A stretch of 63,960 nucleotides of DNA, filler included, from Octopus bimaculoides (GCF_001194135.2; 7 parts of 7 records of this genome joined end to end with filler, not necessarily neighbours in it), one strand, 5' to 3'; shown: positions 37,145-50,698, counted from the first letter of the whole stretch. Numbers and translations are program-made. Notes: generated by a model not told the origin, from the sequence alone.

Positions 37145-37834
37145 TATATACATACATACATACACATATAGACACACATGCATATATACATACATGCATA
37201 CATACATACACGCATGTATATTTGCGCCTGTATGGCATTTTGAGAAATGTGCATTTGTGTGTACGTGCTTGCTTGTGTGTGTGTATATAAATAAAAAAAA
37301 AAGGTAACCTGTATAAATTACACCCTAGAAGCAAGGTGCGCTTCAGAGTAAAATGCCGCTGTAACACTTGAAATTCATCCTGAAATTAAGGAAATATTAC
37401 CTGTGCTCGAATATAACTATTCCTGTTCCCAAGGGTTATCATGATCCATTATATATTAAATATTGGAAATGTTTTTTTTTTTATTGAGCATTTTTTAAAT
37501 ATTTTACACGAAATATCAATGCATTTCTGATATGAAACACCGATATTTTTTTTTTCTATATTTCAATGAATTTATAATTAAGACATACGTCATCAGGCAG
37601 ACCAGTAACTATACACACATGCATCTAGAGTGTTTTATGTATATGTATACATACTTACAGTTACACAGACTACCACAAATATCTTTTTCCTCATGTATGT
37701 GCGTGCGTGCGTGCGTGCGTGCGTGCGTACGCGTGCGTGTGAGTGTATGTATGTGTATGTAAGAATACACATAGTTGCAGATATATATATGTATGCGTGT
37801 GCGTATGTGTGTGCGTATACTTTTATTCTTTTAT

Positions 37835-38053
37835 TCTTTTATTTGTTTCAGTTATTCGACTGCGGACATGCAGGAGCACCGCCTTCAGTGAAAGAATCGA
37901 CCCCAGGACTTATTCTTTGTAATCCTAGTACTTATTCTATCGTCTCTTTTGCCGAACCGCTAAGTTACGAGGATGTAAGCACACCAGCATCGACTGTCAA
38001 GCGATGATGGGGTGACAAACACAGAAGCACAAACATATACACATACACACATA

Positions 38054-38105
<52 letters not shown>

Positions 38106-38267
38106 CATACATACGACGGGCTTCTTTTTGTTTCCGTCTACCAAATCCACTTACAAGGCTTTAGTCAGCCCGAGGCTATAGTATGAGACACTTGGCCAAG
38201 GTGTCATGCAGTGAGACTGAACCCGGATCCATGTGGTTTGTAAGCAAGCTACTTACCACACAGCCAT
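37835..38267 (-). mobile_element. SINE family B
   Basis: Colinear with the reverse complement of 15332-15745. Confidence 0.88.
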
Positions 38268-38999
38268 TGCTGGTAGGGACACGGTATATATGTACATATA
38301 CATATTTTCCTATTTATATATATATACGAATGTATATGTGTGTTGTGTGTATATATGCATATATAAAGACATTATTTTTGTATGCAGCATACATTTGTAT
38401 GTGTCAAATATTTTGCTGTTCGTTATGTGTGTATATCTGCGTGCACGTGAGGACGTGGATGCACACCATCTTTGGTAAATCAGATTATTGTAGAAATTTC
38501 GTTTTTTCAGGCTTTTTACCTTGTGAAACCAAATAACTCACATCTCATTTTTGAATTCGATAAAACAAAGAATCTCTGAAGTACCAAGGGCGATGTAATC
38601 GCATTATTCTCTCTCCTCAAAACTGGTGGCAACTGTAACAAATCTTTTTTATCGAAAGGAAGGAAACTTTCAGAATCATGAGCACACGAGCAAAAAATTC
38701 TTACCTGCCTTTCTTCGCTTTTACGTTCTGAGTTAAAATTATGCCGAGCTCAATTTCGCTTTTCCTTTCGGCCAAACCCTTCCCTTTAAAATAACTGTTT
38801 TATACCAGATTTGAAAACGCTTTATACGGAACGCTATCAGAATTGTTTGAGCGGCATTTCTTCTGAGGCTTTAAGTTCAAATTTGTCTTATCTCCTAATA
38901 TAATAATGAGCGTAGTGTTTTCATATTTTTGTATATATATATATATATAATAAAAATAATATATGAGTACATGCATATATACGTACATCTATGTACATA

Positions 39000-39160
39000 C
39001 CTACATCTACATGTATATATAGATGCATATCTGGGTACAGGACGTTGCAAAACAAAACGTGGACAAAATGATAAACAGAGCACAGAAAACACACAGGCCA
39101 CATAGAGAACATGTCCTTCATCAGCTGCCACCATTCTAAAACTAAGCGTTTCGAAGAGTA
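39000..39160. repeat. Interspersed repeat family F (opposite-orientation copy at about 46200-46365)
   Basis: Shared GAAACGC...AATGGTGGCAGCTGATGAAGG...ATGTGGCCTG...TTTTGTCC...GTCCTGTACCCAG. Confidence 0.7.
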
Positions 39161-40061
39161 TATTTATGTATGTATGTATGTATGTATGTATAGTTGTCCA
39201 AAATCACAGAGTAACAGTAGGACGGAGTAAGAGAGAGAGAGTAGTATAAGTGAAGGCAGAGGAAACAACATAATAATTCAGTGAAGGAGAAGTAGTGAGA
39301 GTAATCGCCCTAACTGAGAAAGAGTCAGAGAAAGTAATAGCAACGACAGAAAGGAAGTGGCAAAGAGAGCATCGTTTATCTTCTATTTTTTTCCGTCATA
39401 ACATATGAATGAGAACGGAAGAGGTTTAAAAAAATCAGCATTTCCACTCTGTGTGAGTATATGTGTGTGTATGTAAAAGGGAGGTATGTGAATGTGTGTG
39501 TGCGTGTGTGTGCAGTAGAAATGGGATGGAGAACGTTCAGCGCTAAGAAGAAAACTGAAACAGCATTTCAACTCTGTTTGAATACATGTGTGTATGTGTG
39601 CGCATGTATAAGGGAAGTATGTGAATATTTGTATCTGTGATCATTATGTACCTTATTTTATGCCTTATTTATATATAAAATACCATAATTAGGCTTCATT
39701 TGTGACGGCCCAGGGTCAGCTGGTGTATAAATAATATGGCTTAACACCTGTATGTAGGCTTTATACTGGGTGTCTGGAATGGATATGATGGCCTCATTAA
39801 AGAAAGGTGATTTGCATTATCTCTTCCTGCTCTTTACGTTCATTCAAATCCTACCGTGGGGTTGGTTAGCCTTTCCTTCTTTGTGAATCAGTAAATAAAG
39901 TAACATTTAAATACTCGGATGAATAGAATCGTTCTACTCCTTCAAATGTGGTGGACTTGTTCCTTAATCAAAAATCTTTATTATTAATAGTTGTTGTAAT
40001 AGCAGCTGAAACAGTAGTAGCTGAGGCAGCAGAAGCAACAGCAGTAGATAGATAGTATGGT

Positions 40062-40142
<81 letters not shown>
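40062..40142. repeat. (AGAT)n microsatellite
   Basis: Direct reading. Confidence 0.97.
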
Positions 40143-40199
40143 GTGCTATTACATGTAGGAGGACTGTATGTGCCAAGCTATCTAATAGATAAGCCAATA

Positions 40200-41420
40200 T
40201 TGGCTTGTGTTTATCTTGTTTTGTTTAAATTTCACACTCATCTTTTGTTCGCTTCCACTGATTAGTTCGTCTTTTTAAAGTTGTTTTCTTTGCCTCACAA
40301 CTTGAAATGATTTCGCTTCTTATTTTCTTAATTATTTTCTCCTTGTTTCAACTCCTGTCACTTCTTCTCTCTCACACTCTCCATTTACTTCTACTGATCT
40401 TTGCATTACCGTTGATATTTTGCTTTTTGATCAGTTCCTTAGTTTTTCAACTATATGTTTACTCCTTCATCTATTATTCGTCAGATTTCAATATATTGTT
40501 AACTCTTCTTTAGTACATTTTACAGCAGTTTTCTTCTATTGAATTTATTTGCCATGATTTCTTTCTTTCTAATTATATTTATTTACACATCCTATAACTA
40601 CATCTTCTATATCAAACGCTGTTATAATTTCTCCTTCTATGATATATTTCCGTCTCTCATTTCAACTGTATTCAACCATAACTTCAAATACTGTTTCCCG
40701 CTTTCTCCACATCTTTTTACAGTTCCTTTCTTAACTCAAATGAATATCTGCACTTTCGTGGTTTCCACCTAGTCACGTTATATTTCAAACACCTTTCAAC
40801 CACCCCCATATTTAGTTTTACATTTTCGTTTTTATATTTCTGCTTTCATCCATTACGAATGAAAATACTTCTAACCTTTGTCGGATAACTCATTGATGCT
40901 GTTCTCTCACCCTCGTTTCCCACAATACTTTTCAAAATGTCACCGTTCTTCTACTTGCACTTTCAATATAGCTTTACATTTCCATTCCTTTTCACCTTTA
41001 TAATTAAAAATTGTGTCAGTTTCTTTCTAGTTTCGCTTTCACTTTTGATATCATTCATTAATCTAATATCAATTTTTTTTTGTTTGTTTTATCTTTTTAA
41101 CAGCTAAACTAATAAGACTAGAAATAATGTTTTCCTCTTCTTTCATGTTCAAAAGTTTTACATCATTATTTTTTTTACATATAGTTTTTGAAATATTTCT
41201 TTATTGACTCTTTCGTATTTATGATTCTTCTTTTCTTTAATTCTAACGGTACCACATATCTTCTAAAATCATTTAACCTTCCGTTATATTGTTGAGCTTA
41301 TTTCTGTCACTTTCGCTTTTCTTTTCCTTTTTTTTTTCTTTATTTGCATCTTTCCTTCCGTATTTTCATCCGCTGAAAATTCTAAATCCATCATAAAAGT
41401 TCTGACAATTACCAATCAGT
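40200..41420 (-). mobile_element. Very degenerate A-rich LINE ORF1-like remnant
   Basis: Strong strand asymmetry (A-rich minus strand), Lys/Glu-rich pieces and a possible knuckle relic (..C..RCGESG..); many stops. Confidence 0.35.
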
Positions 41421-42685
41421 TTTCTACTTCAAGTTCTAGTCACCAGGGGTGACTGGCTTTTCATCTGACAAGCCCTGAAATCAAATCAAATCAAATCTTG
41501 TTCTTCCCACCTTAAAATATATTCTTATGAGAATTGATCAGCGTACCACAAAGGTGCCACGCATAGTCACACACACAAATGCTCTCCCTCACTCTCACTC
41601 TCTCTCTCTCACTCACACCACACATACGCAATCTCCTCTCACACATTCAGATATACAAGCACTCATACATGTACACATTCAAAGATGCTCACACTCATTC
41701 ACCTACATATATGCACATGGGTTCATTCCTTTATCTCTCTCATATTTCTAATTTTCTTTTAGTCTTCTAATGATCTTTTCATATCTGCTCTAATATTAGT
41801 CGACTATCACATTCCTCTCTCACACGCTGACCTGTTGTCCCTTCTCGTTTTCACCAATATTTTTTGCATGAAACTCTTCATTGTCACTAGTTCGTGGTTG
41901 GAGAAAAGTTACTAATACAACCTCAGTCATCATTACCAATTCTACATTTCCCACTTCAAATACCACCATCATTATTGATCTTCATTGTCATCAACAAAAT
42001 AGTAACAATTACCTCAGCAAAATTGGCTACAGCAGTAATAGTACTAATTACAACTATTCTTACGTTTTTTTTTTTATATTGTTACTCACCCACCATCCAC
42101 CTTTAAGAAGACGAGGTAGGTATTGTTCTTCTGTCTAGTAGCTGTGGTGAAAGAGGCTGTGCGGAGGACGAGGCAAAGAGGAATGAAAAAAGGCACCTTC
42201 CTCTTCGGCCAAGCCCTTATCGGCATATTTAAGTTCCGCTGGGAAAAAAGATACTGAAGAAAGAGGTGCTATCTCCAAATGATTCTGTGGAAAGATGGGT
42301 AACTGTGACAAAAATTGTTAAAGACAGACTCTAACCATGTTCCTGTAGATTGGAGAGCAAGTGTTGGAAGAGAGCTTGTGTCTTTTGTTGTCAGGTTAAT
42401 CCTAGATCTATAGATTTCTTTGATTGTATCAAAACAACTGCATTAGGAGGACAGCATCATTTATCTTATCACATACTTTATACCTTATAATGTTATCGCA
42501 TTTCCTCGTCTTTTCCATTTCTTTCTCTCTATCCTGTACGTAAATCCCTGCAAGCATTGTTGCCCCTCCTAATGATATCCCCCTCATATATGTTCCTGCG
42601 GCTAACAAATGAAATTCTCCTCCTCCTCTTGCTCTTTCTTCGCCTGCTACCTCTTCATTATTATCGTTGTTGTTGTTGTGATTAT

Positions 42686-42756
42686 AGATATAGAGTCAAA
42701 ATTAAAAGACGAGTAGATAACAGTGGCACTCTTCTTTTAATTTTGACTCTATATCT
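42686..42756. repeat. Hairpin/MITE-like palindrome: 24-bp perfect arms extendable to about 29 bp
   Basis: AGATATAGAGTCAAAATTAAAAGA ... TCTTTTAATTTTGACTCTATATCT; 33 bp of it recurs at 42866-42898. Confidence 0.85.
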
Positions 42757-42898
42757 TTCGGAGGAGTTAACTCAATCCCTTCTATATTAACCAAAATGAA
42801 GTAGATTGACAAATTTATTTTTTGAACCAGTTGAAGACACACGGGATGTCGAAATAGCGTTCACAAGATAACAGTGGCACTCTTCTTTTAATTTTGAC

Positions 42899-43960
42899 AT
42901 ATTATTATTATCTTATGTTTGACTTTTGTTTTGCATTTGTACAAGTTGGATCCAAGTCTCACCCAGAGACCTCAAGAGACAACAAGTTAGAAGTTCATGT
43001 AGGTGTTATGCCTAGGGTACCATATATTTGGATTTGTACAGTTTTGTTCAAGTGAATGTTTAAGAAACCATAAGAAAATTATGTGTTTGCTTTAAAATTT
43101 GAGATCACATTGACAGTATTTTACGTAGGATATGGGCAGTTCCCATGAGCACTATCTTTTGAACTTCAGCCATTTTGGGGTTTCCTGGAATCTGATCTAG
43201 GTAGTAAATTATTATTATTATTATTATTATCATCATCATCATTATTATTATTATTGTTCTCATTCAGTAGTCTTATTTTTATCACGTGCTTTCACTGCAC
43301 TACTGAGCGCAGATTTGTGTGCCTTGGGCATGTGCTGTGGTTTGCTGTGGTACTCTTATTTTCACTTTATTGAAAGTGTTTTACGTAAGATATGCTCGGT
43401 GCCTAGTACTGCTACTTTCTGTACGTTATATATTTTCGTGATGCCTCGTGTTTTGTCTCAGTATTTTTTTACTCATACCTAATGCACTTATTATCATAGG
43501 GATTTATTACTATGTTTATCTTTGGTTTGACTAAAGTTCGGTCTAATTCTTGATAAGATTTATGTTGGTAGCGAGTTGGTCTTTCACGTGCATCGAACCC
43601 TCCAGAAAACCCTTGCTGTCCCTGAGAGACAACCGTTGTCTTGGATCTCTAAGGGTATTCTATTTCAATCTCCTTGAGACATTTGTCTATATCTTTGCTT
43701 ACTGTTTCCAATGTTCTCATACTCCAAATTCTTCCTATTTCAAGTGATTGTATTCTTTGTTTTTTTGTTTTTCGTCCCCTTTCTTTTCGATCCTGGAATC
43801 AAGCAAGAATAAATTTAGCAATGACGTTTCACATTCATTCAAGTTCCACCTTCAAGAATGCATAGTTGGTAATTCGTTTTATTTGTATAACTCTAACGTG
43901 AAGGTCACCAGGTTCCAAAATATCAATAATGTATGTTTAGAGAGATTGATCGCAAATATG
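42899..43960 (-). mobile_element. Three adjacent 3' ends of different RLE-type LINEs (about 42899-43200, 43205-43510, 43510-43960)
   Basis: C-termini LDQIPGNPKMAEVQKIVLMGTAHILRKILSM*; a copy of the 3.4-3.7 kb family with (ATT)n tail at 43205-43255; DSRIEKKGDEK...VSKDIDKCLKEIEIEY...GTARV. Confidence 0.85.
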
Positions 43961-44515
43961 ATGTCCAGTCGATTATGCTTGGTTAATCTGGGCGATTGTA
44001 CATTGAAGTGCTACATACATTTAGTGCTTCTGTGCTCTATGACTGACTATATCCTGCGTTTTTTCAAATATAGGAAATATGAAAAAATATATTTCTCTTG
44101 CGCAGATGAATACTGAGCAGCTTGTTAAATGCTTTGCACTTAATGAATAATTTTCGTTTTCAATTATTTTATGCACAATTAATATAATAGCTGTATTCTA
44201 AAAATTAATTTGCAAATATATTCTATTTTAACTTTTGACGTTTGGGAAATCTCGTAATGTAGCTATATGAGTATGCATGCATGCATACACACCTACCTAC
44301 CTACATACATACATACATACACACATACATGCATACACATACATACATACATATATATACATACATATTTATATATATACATATATAAATAAAATATATA
44401 TGCATATATATACACATATATGGGAGAATTTACGAAACAAACAACAACAGACGAGGACAGGTGGTGTAAACAACAAAAGAATATATTAGTTTAACGCTCG
44501 GCAATAGAGAAAGTG

Positions 44516-44550
44516 TTTAACGTTTCGTGCTACGCTCTTCAACAGAAAGA
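44516..44550 (-). ncRNA. Degenerate minimal hammerhead motif in a relative of the 22.3 kb repeat
   Basis: UCUUU-CUGUUGA-A-GAGC-GUA-GCAC-GAAA-CGUU-AAA; A6 mutated, one stem II mismatch. Confidence 0.5.
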
Positions 44551-45420
44551 ATGCGGAGAAAACAAGGAGAAAAACACGGAGAAAAAAGATTGAATATCCA
44601 TATATGGGTACAGGACATCACCAACAGCAAACAATGTGAAATACGAAAGCAAATGAGTTGAATACGCAAACAACGAGGGAAATAAATGGAAAACAGGACA
44701 AGTAACATAAAGAACAATCCTTCATCAGTTGTCGGCTGTCTATCTACTCTTCATTTCGGGCACTGAATGACAATATGAGTCATCGAAGGCTGTTGCTCCC
44801 ATAAATACCAAAGTAAAATTCGGGATTTATGGAGTGTCAAGGTTGGGAACGAAAGCAGGACAGGGGAGACATACAAGAAAACCGAACGAAAACAAACATT
44901 GAAAAACAACACTGGGTCTCCTCCTATCAAGAGTTCTTGGCGGCAAGAAACGAGGACGAGGGCAGCATCATCAACATCCACGATTCACCAGAAGTCACAT
45001 ATCAGAGGAGGTTAGTGAATGCGTGGCAAAGGAAACAGCGGTGCACCAGCATGACCTAAATTCACGAGCTGAAACTAATAAAGAAAGAAAGAACGTATAT
45101 ATATTAGCAAACATGCTAGTTCTAAAATTTCTCTAAGAGATCAACGCAGTAGTTGTACTGACAAGTAATATTCGTAGCTACTTTAACAGGGCTGTCCATT
45201 CGAGCGGACTCTACAGCGATTTTCTAGCCCCAAAAGTACAGCTTCTCCTGTGGGTTAACGATGCTCAGCTGCATCTAATAGAATTATGAGCAGGGGAAGC
45301 GAATCCCTACCATCTCCTAGCGACGGGGCCAGTAGACAAGTTCTGGTTTCGGGCTAATTCTGCAATCCCTCAGTCCTGGACGCCCGTTTGCTAGAAATCA
45401 TAGCAGCTCGCTTCTGCACG

Positions 45421-45453
<33 letters not shown>

Positions 45454-46789
45454 NNNNNNNNNNNNNNNNNNNNNNNNNNNNNNNNNNNNNNNNNNNNNNN
45501 NNNNNNNNNNNNNNNNNNNNNNNNNNNNNNNNNNNNNNNNNNNNNNNNNNNNNNNNNNNNNNNNNNNNNNNNNNNNNNNNNNNNNNNNNNNNNNNNNNNN
45601 NNNNNNNNNNNNNNNNNNNNNNNNNNNNNNNNNNNNNNNNNNNNNNNNNNNNNNNNNNNNNNNNNNNNNNNNNNNNNNNNNNNNNNNNNNNNNNNNNNNN
45701 NNNNNNNNNNNNNNNNNNNNNNNNTTACCAGAATTTTATCAAGAAGCCAGTGTGTAAAAAAATTCATAAGGGAAATGTCTCTTCCCAAGAATATAATTAT
45801 TCGTTTATATTTATATAAAGGGCATTATTACAGAAAAATAATAGCGCCACAGAGTGGCAGCTGCACAGCGTTAACGAGCTAGAGGAGACGTACTCTTGAG
45901 GTCAAAAGAGCACAGTAGATTCCACTCTAGCAGACATCCATCTTAAAGTGGCTACGAATATTAGTTATATATATATATGTATATATACTTCTTATATAAG
46001 GATAAATGTTTTCAAAATTAATCTCATCTGTGNNNNNNNNNNNNNNNNNNNNNNNNNNNNNNNNNNNNNNNNNNNNTTAATTAATTAANNNNNNNNNNNN
46101 NNNNNNNNNNNNNNNNNNNNNNNNNNNNNNNNTATACGCATTCACACACACACATATGTCCGGCCGCCACTACCCTCCACGAAAACAATTTAATTTGTGT
46201 TCGTGGGAAGAACCATTTTAACGATGCGTACTGTCTTAATTCTTTGAAACGCCGGAGTTTTAATGGTGGCAGCTGATGAAGGGGATGTTTCTATGTGGCC
46301 TGCTTGTTTGTTGCACCTTGTTTACCATTTTGTCCTTATTCTTTTGCCACGTCATGTACCCAGTTATGTATCTATATGTACATGTAGATGAACGTATATA
46401 CATACATGTACATATATATGCATATACTCATATATTGTTTATATATATGCATGCATGTATACATATATACACATATATGAATGTAAGTATGTAATTCCTA
46501 ACCGTACATTGAATGAAATATGTGCTTAGTTTCGGCAGAAATTTTTGTCAAGGAGAAGAGAAAGAGCGTGAGTTCACTTCGTTCAATATGGAACTAGGCA
46601 GAAAGAAATGTATCTATAATAACTATATCTATGAGTGTGTATGTGCAAGCATGTGTATGTGTGCATACACATGTATAAAGATATGTATACATATATGTTA
46701 ATGTTTGTTTTTATGTCCAGTTATAATAAAAACAATTTCACATTAATCTATACTTTTGTAGATTACAATTTTATTATTCATATGGAAGA

Positions 46790-46891
46790 ATGTTGTTGAT
46801 AGTGACTTCGAAGTTTCGACGAATTAAACATCTTTCAGCATTCTGATGATGGCTTATCTGGCCGAAACTTAGAAGTCATTGTTAACAACAT
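46790..46891. ncRNA. Foldback carrying opposite-polarity hammerhead motifs (plus strand near-intact, minus strand degenerate)
   Basis: Arms 46790-46818 and 46863-46891 match at 25/29; plus strand CUGAUGA-U-GGC-UUAUCUG-GCC-GAAA-CUUAGAAGUC; minus strand CUGAAA-GAUG-UUUAAUU-CGUC-GAAA-CUUCGAAGUC. Confidence 0.65.
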
Positions 46892-48111
46892 ACTTGTTTA
46901 AGAATAATAAGTAGACGAGGGGGAGCTTTCATATAATGGAACAAGAGTTAAATATACGTATATATTCATAGTTGTACATCTATCTATCTATCTAGCTAGC
47001 TAGCTAGCTAGCCGTCTAACCCTCTCTCTCTCTCTCACTCTGTGTGTGTGTGTGTGTGTGTAGACTGCGTTTATATATGTGTGTGTGTGTGTATGTATGT
47101 GCACAAGCGTGAGGTGTGCTTATATATGCATATATATATNNNNNNNNNNNNNNNNNNNNNNNNNNNNNNNNNNNNNNNNNNNNNNNNNNNNNNNNNNNNN
47201 NNNNNNNNNNNNNNNNNNNNNNNNNNNNNNNNNNNNNNNNNNNNNNNNNNNNNNNNNNNNNNNNNNNNNNNNNNNNNNNNNNNNNNNNNNNNNNNNNNNN
47301 NNNNNNNNNNNNNNNNNNNNNNNNNNNNNNNNNNNNNNNNNNNNNNNNNNNNNNNNNNNNNNNNNNNNNNNNNNNNNNNNNNNNNNNNNNNNNNNNNNNN
47401 NNNNNNNNNNNNNNNNNNNNNNNNNNNNNNNNNNNNNNNNNNNNNNNNNNNNNNNNNNNNNNNNNNNNNNNNNNNNNNNNNNNNNNNNNNNNNNNNNNNN
47501 NNNNNNNNNNNNNNNNNNNNNNNNNNNNNNNNNNNNNNNNNNNNNNNNNNNNNNNNNNNNNNNNNNNNNNNNNNNNNNNNNNNNNNNNNNNNNNNNNNNN
47601 NNNNNNNNNNNNNNNNNNNNNNNNNNNNNNNNNNNNNNNNNNNNNNNNNNNNNNNNNNNNNNNNNNNNNNNNNNNNNNNNNNNNNNNNNNNNNNNNNNNN
47701 NNNNNNNNNNNNNNNNNNNNNNNNNNNNNNNNNNNNNNNNNNNNNNNNNNNNNNNNNNNNNNNNNNNNNNNNNNNNNNNNNNNNNNNNNNNNNNNNNNNN
47801 NNNNNNNNNNNNNNNNNNNNNNNNNNNNNNNNNNNNNNNNNNNNNNNNNNNNNNNNNNNNNNNNNNNNNNNNNNNNNNNNNNNNNNNNNNNNNNNNNNNN
47901 NNNNNNNNNNNNNNNNNNNNNNNNNNNNNNNNNNNNNNNNNNNNNNNNNNNNNNNNNNNNNNNNNNNNNNNNNNNNNNNNNNNNNNNNNNNNNNNNNNNN
48001 NNNNNNNNNNNNNNNNNNNNNNNNNNNNNNNNNNNNNNNNNNNNNNNNNNNNNNNNNNNNNNNNNNNNNNNNNNNNNNNNNNNNNNNNNNNNNNNNNNNN
48101 NNNNNNNNNNN

Positions 48112-48144
<33 letters not shown>

Positions 48145-48640
48145 ACACACGTTTTGATGTTTATCACCGTATCCGTCTAATTTGATACATTTATTTATTC
48201 TTTTCTAAATATTTCACATCGTTTCCTAAATTTATTTAGATATTTCTGTTATTCTTCTAGTACGTTCATTTATTCAGAATGAGCCGGATACATTCTAGAT
48301 TTGTGACGGGTAGCTTTGTAGTATCTGCTAGTTGATTTGTGTATCCATTTGTTGGTACCCGTAGTATTTCATTTCTAGTATTTGTTACTCGTGTTTTGTT
48401 TTGCGTTCGTGATTTACGTCTTGCACCAAATGCCTTCTTTTATTTATTTATCTATTTGTTTATCTGTTTATTTATTTGCCGTTGGCAGACACCAGATATT
48501 TTTTATGTAGTGTCAATGGGTACACGATCATGTGACCATGTTGATACCGAAACAGACACTCATGCCCGTGTGGATGCATAGGAGAATAACACACAACAGA
48601 CACACACTACACACACACATTAACATACACGAATATCCAC

Positions 48641-48778
<138 letters not shown>

Positions 48779-48968
48779 ATACAGGCACACGTGGACACAT
48801 AAGAACGCACGAAATCCTACGGGGACACATATATTCCGTAGCATACCTACATTCTCATACACATTCTGGAATTCATCCGGAGTAGCATTAGAGTTAATGC
48901 AACAAATATGAAATACACTTACATATATAAATATATCTGTGTATGAGTGAATGTGTGCGTGCATGCGT

Positions 48969-49011
<43 letters not shown>

Positions 49012-49649
49012 TGTGTTTTTTTGTGTGTATGTCTTTAATATCTATAAAAATTAAACTTCGTCAGGTGTTTCGAATTTTTGTCATATATATGATAGGTCTA
49101 CTACAAATATGGTTTTCTATATAGGAAGAACGATATTGGGTAGGGTAACAGTTAAAGGTGCAGATGGAAAACCTTCCCGTTGTGACCAAATTCTCAATGT
49201 TTTATCCAGTGGTTTGTTTAAGTTTTTTTTCAATACGGTACGATCTTCCAAACGTAACCAATGTGTCAAAACTCTTTCGAAACGGCCGATCGAAAATTGC
49301 AAAGCAAAGATCTTTCAACCGTTTTCATGAGTGCTACAGTATTTTTCAAGACGGTTGGACAATTTGTGGATGAAACACTTATCCAAACTATATGATCAAT
49401 GAATTTTTAGTTTCTCAAAACAGTAGGGTGTGATATTTAGCGGAGTGGTAAAGTCATTTGACTGCTATTTCTAGCAGATACGTCTCACATATACATTTCC
49501 CTATCATAAGAGGTTCGTTCGTCTTCACGGACAAAGGCAACGATACGAAGTTCACGAAACACCACTTGAGTCTTATTTTTCGTTCCCTCACTTTCTTATG
49601 CTCCCTCCCTCTCTCTCTCTCTCGCATTTTCGTTTCATATGCTGTCTCT

Positions 49650-49653
49650 GTTA

Positions 49654-49709
<56 letters not shown>

Positions 49710-49962
49710 ACTTTTCCGTCTCTCTTATTTCTGTCTTTCAATCTCTCTTTTTAATTCTCTCTCTTTCTTTCTCTCTTTCCTCTCTTTCTTTCTTTCCTCT
49801 CTTTCTTTCTTTCTTCTCTTTCTTTCTTTCCTCTCTCTCACCCTCTCTCTCTCACTTCGTTATACCTCTCTCGCTATCTTTATCATTTCGATTTCTCATT
49901 CCCCCCTCTCTCTCTCTCTCTCATAATGTCTCTTTCTTTCTCTTTCTGTCTCTCTCATAATG

Positions 49963-50044
<82 letters not shown>

Positions 50045-50048
50045 ACTC

Positions 50049-50110
<62 letters not shown>

Positions 50111-50125
50111 TCTCCCTCTCTCCCT
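49650..50125. repeat. (CT)n/(CTTT)n polypyrimidine microsatellite island
   Basis: Direct reading. Confidence 0.95.
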
Positions 50126-50661
50126 CCCTCAATGTCTCTCTCAATCTCTTCCCCTCGCTCTCCCACTCTTGGACAGTCCCACTTAGGCCAACCGCTAGCC
50201 TTATCACAAGAAAAACAAGCAAACAAGCAAAACAGAGAGAGAGAAGCAACTAATATTTATCCGTACCGTTCTTCTCACCGTGTCTTTGAGGTTAATGTAA
50301 TCTTTATGTGATTAAAGGCCTGTAATTTGACATTCATTGACTGCACATCCAAAATGAAATGGCGACAAGACACCCGTTTCTGCTTCTAGCCCTATTAACC
50401 TCTGGCATTATAAACACTTATTAAGTAAGTCTGCTAATGATTAAACTATGTTGCATGGATCAATCATACTCGTGGCTGTCCCCTTTCCTCTTTTCATTTT
50501 TCTAACGGTTCCCCTTTCTACGGTATATATACGAAAAACTTTAGGAGCTTTCTGCGGAATGCCCAGGAGTGCCTCCGGATTTAAACATCCCCTGGTTGCT
50601 TGGATACTTCAGACTACCCCTGAAAAATTGAAGCAATCCTATCATTTACCTATATGAGTGT

Positions 50662-50698
<37 letters not shown>

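Noticed and set aside
42822-42865. Hammerhead-like CAGTTGA-A-GACA...TGTC-GAAA with TGAAC/GTTCA stem I
   Set aside because: Two core substitutions and no UH cleavage triplet; too degenerate to support
49090-49440. Possible Tc1/mariner N-terminal remnant (similar hint at 15770-16450)
   Set aside because: No diagnostic motif could be read with confidence
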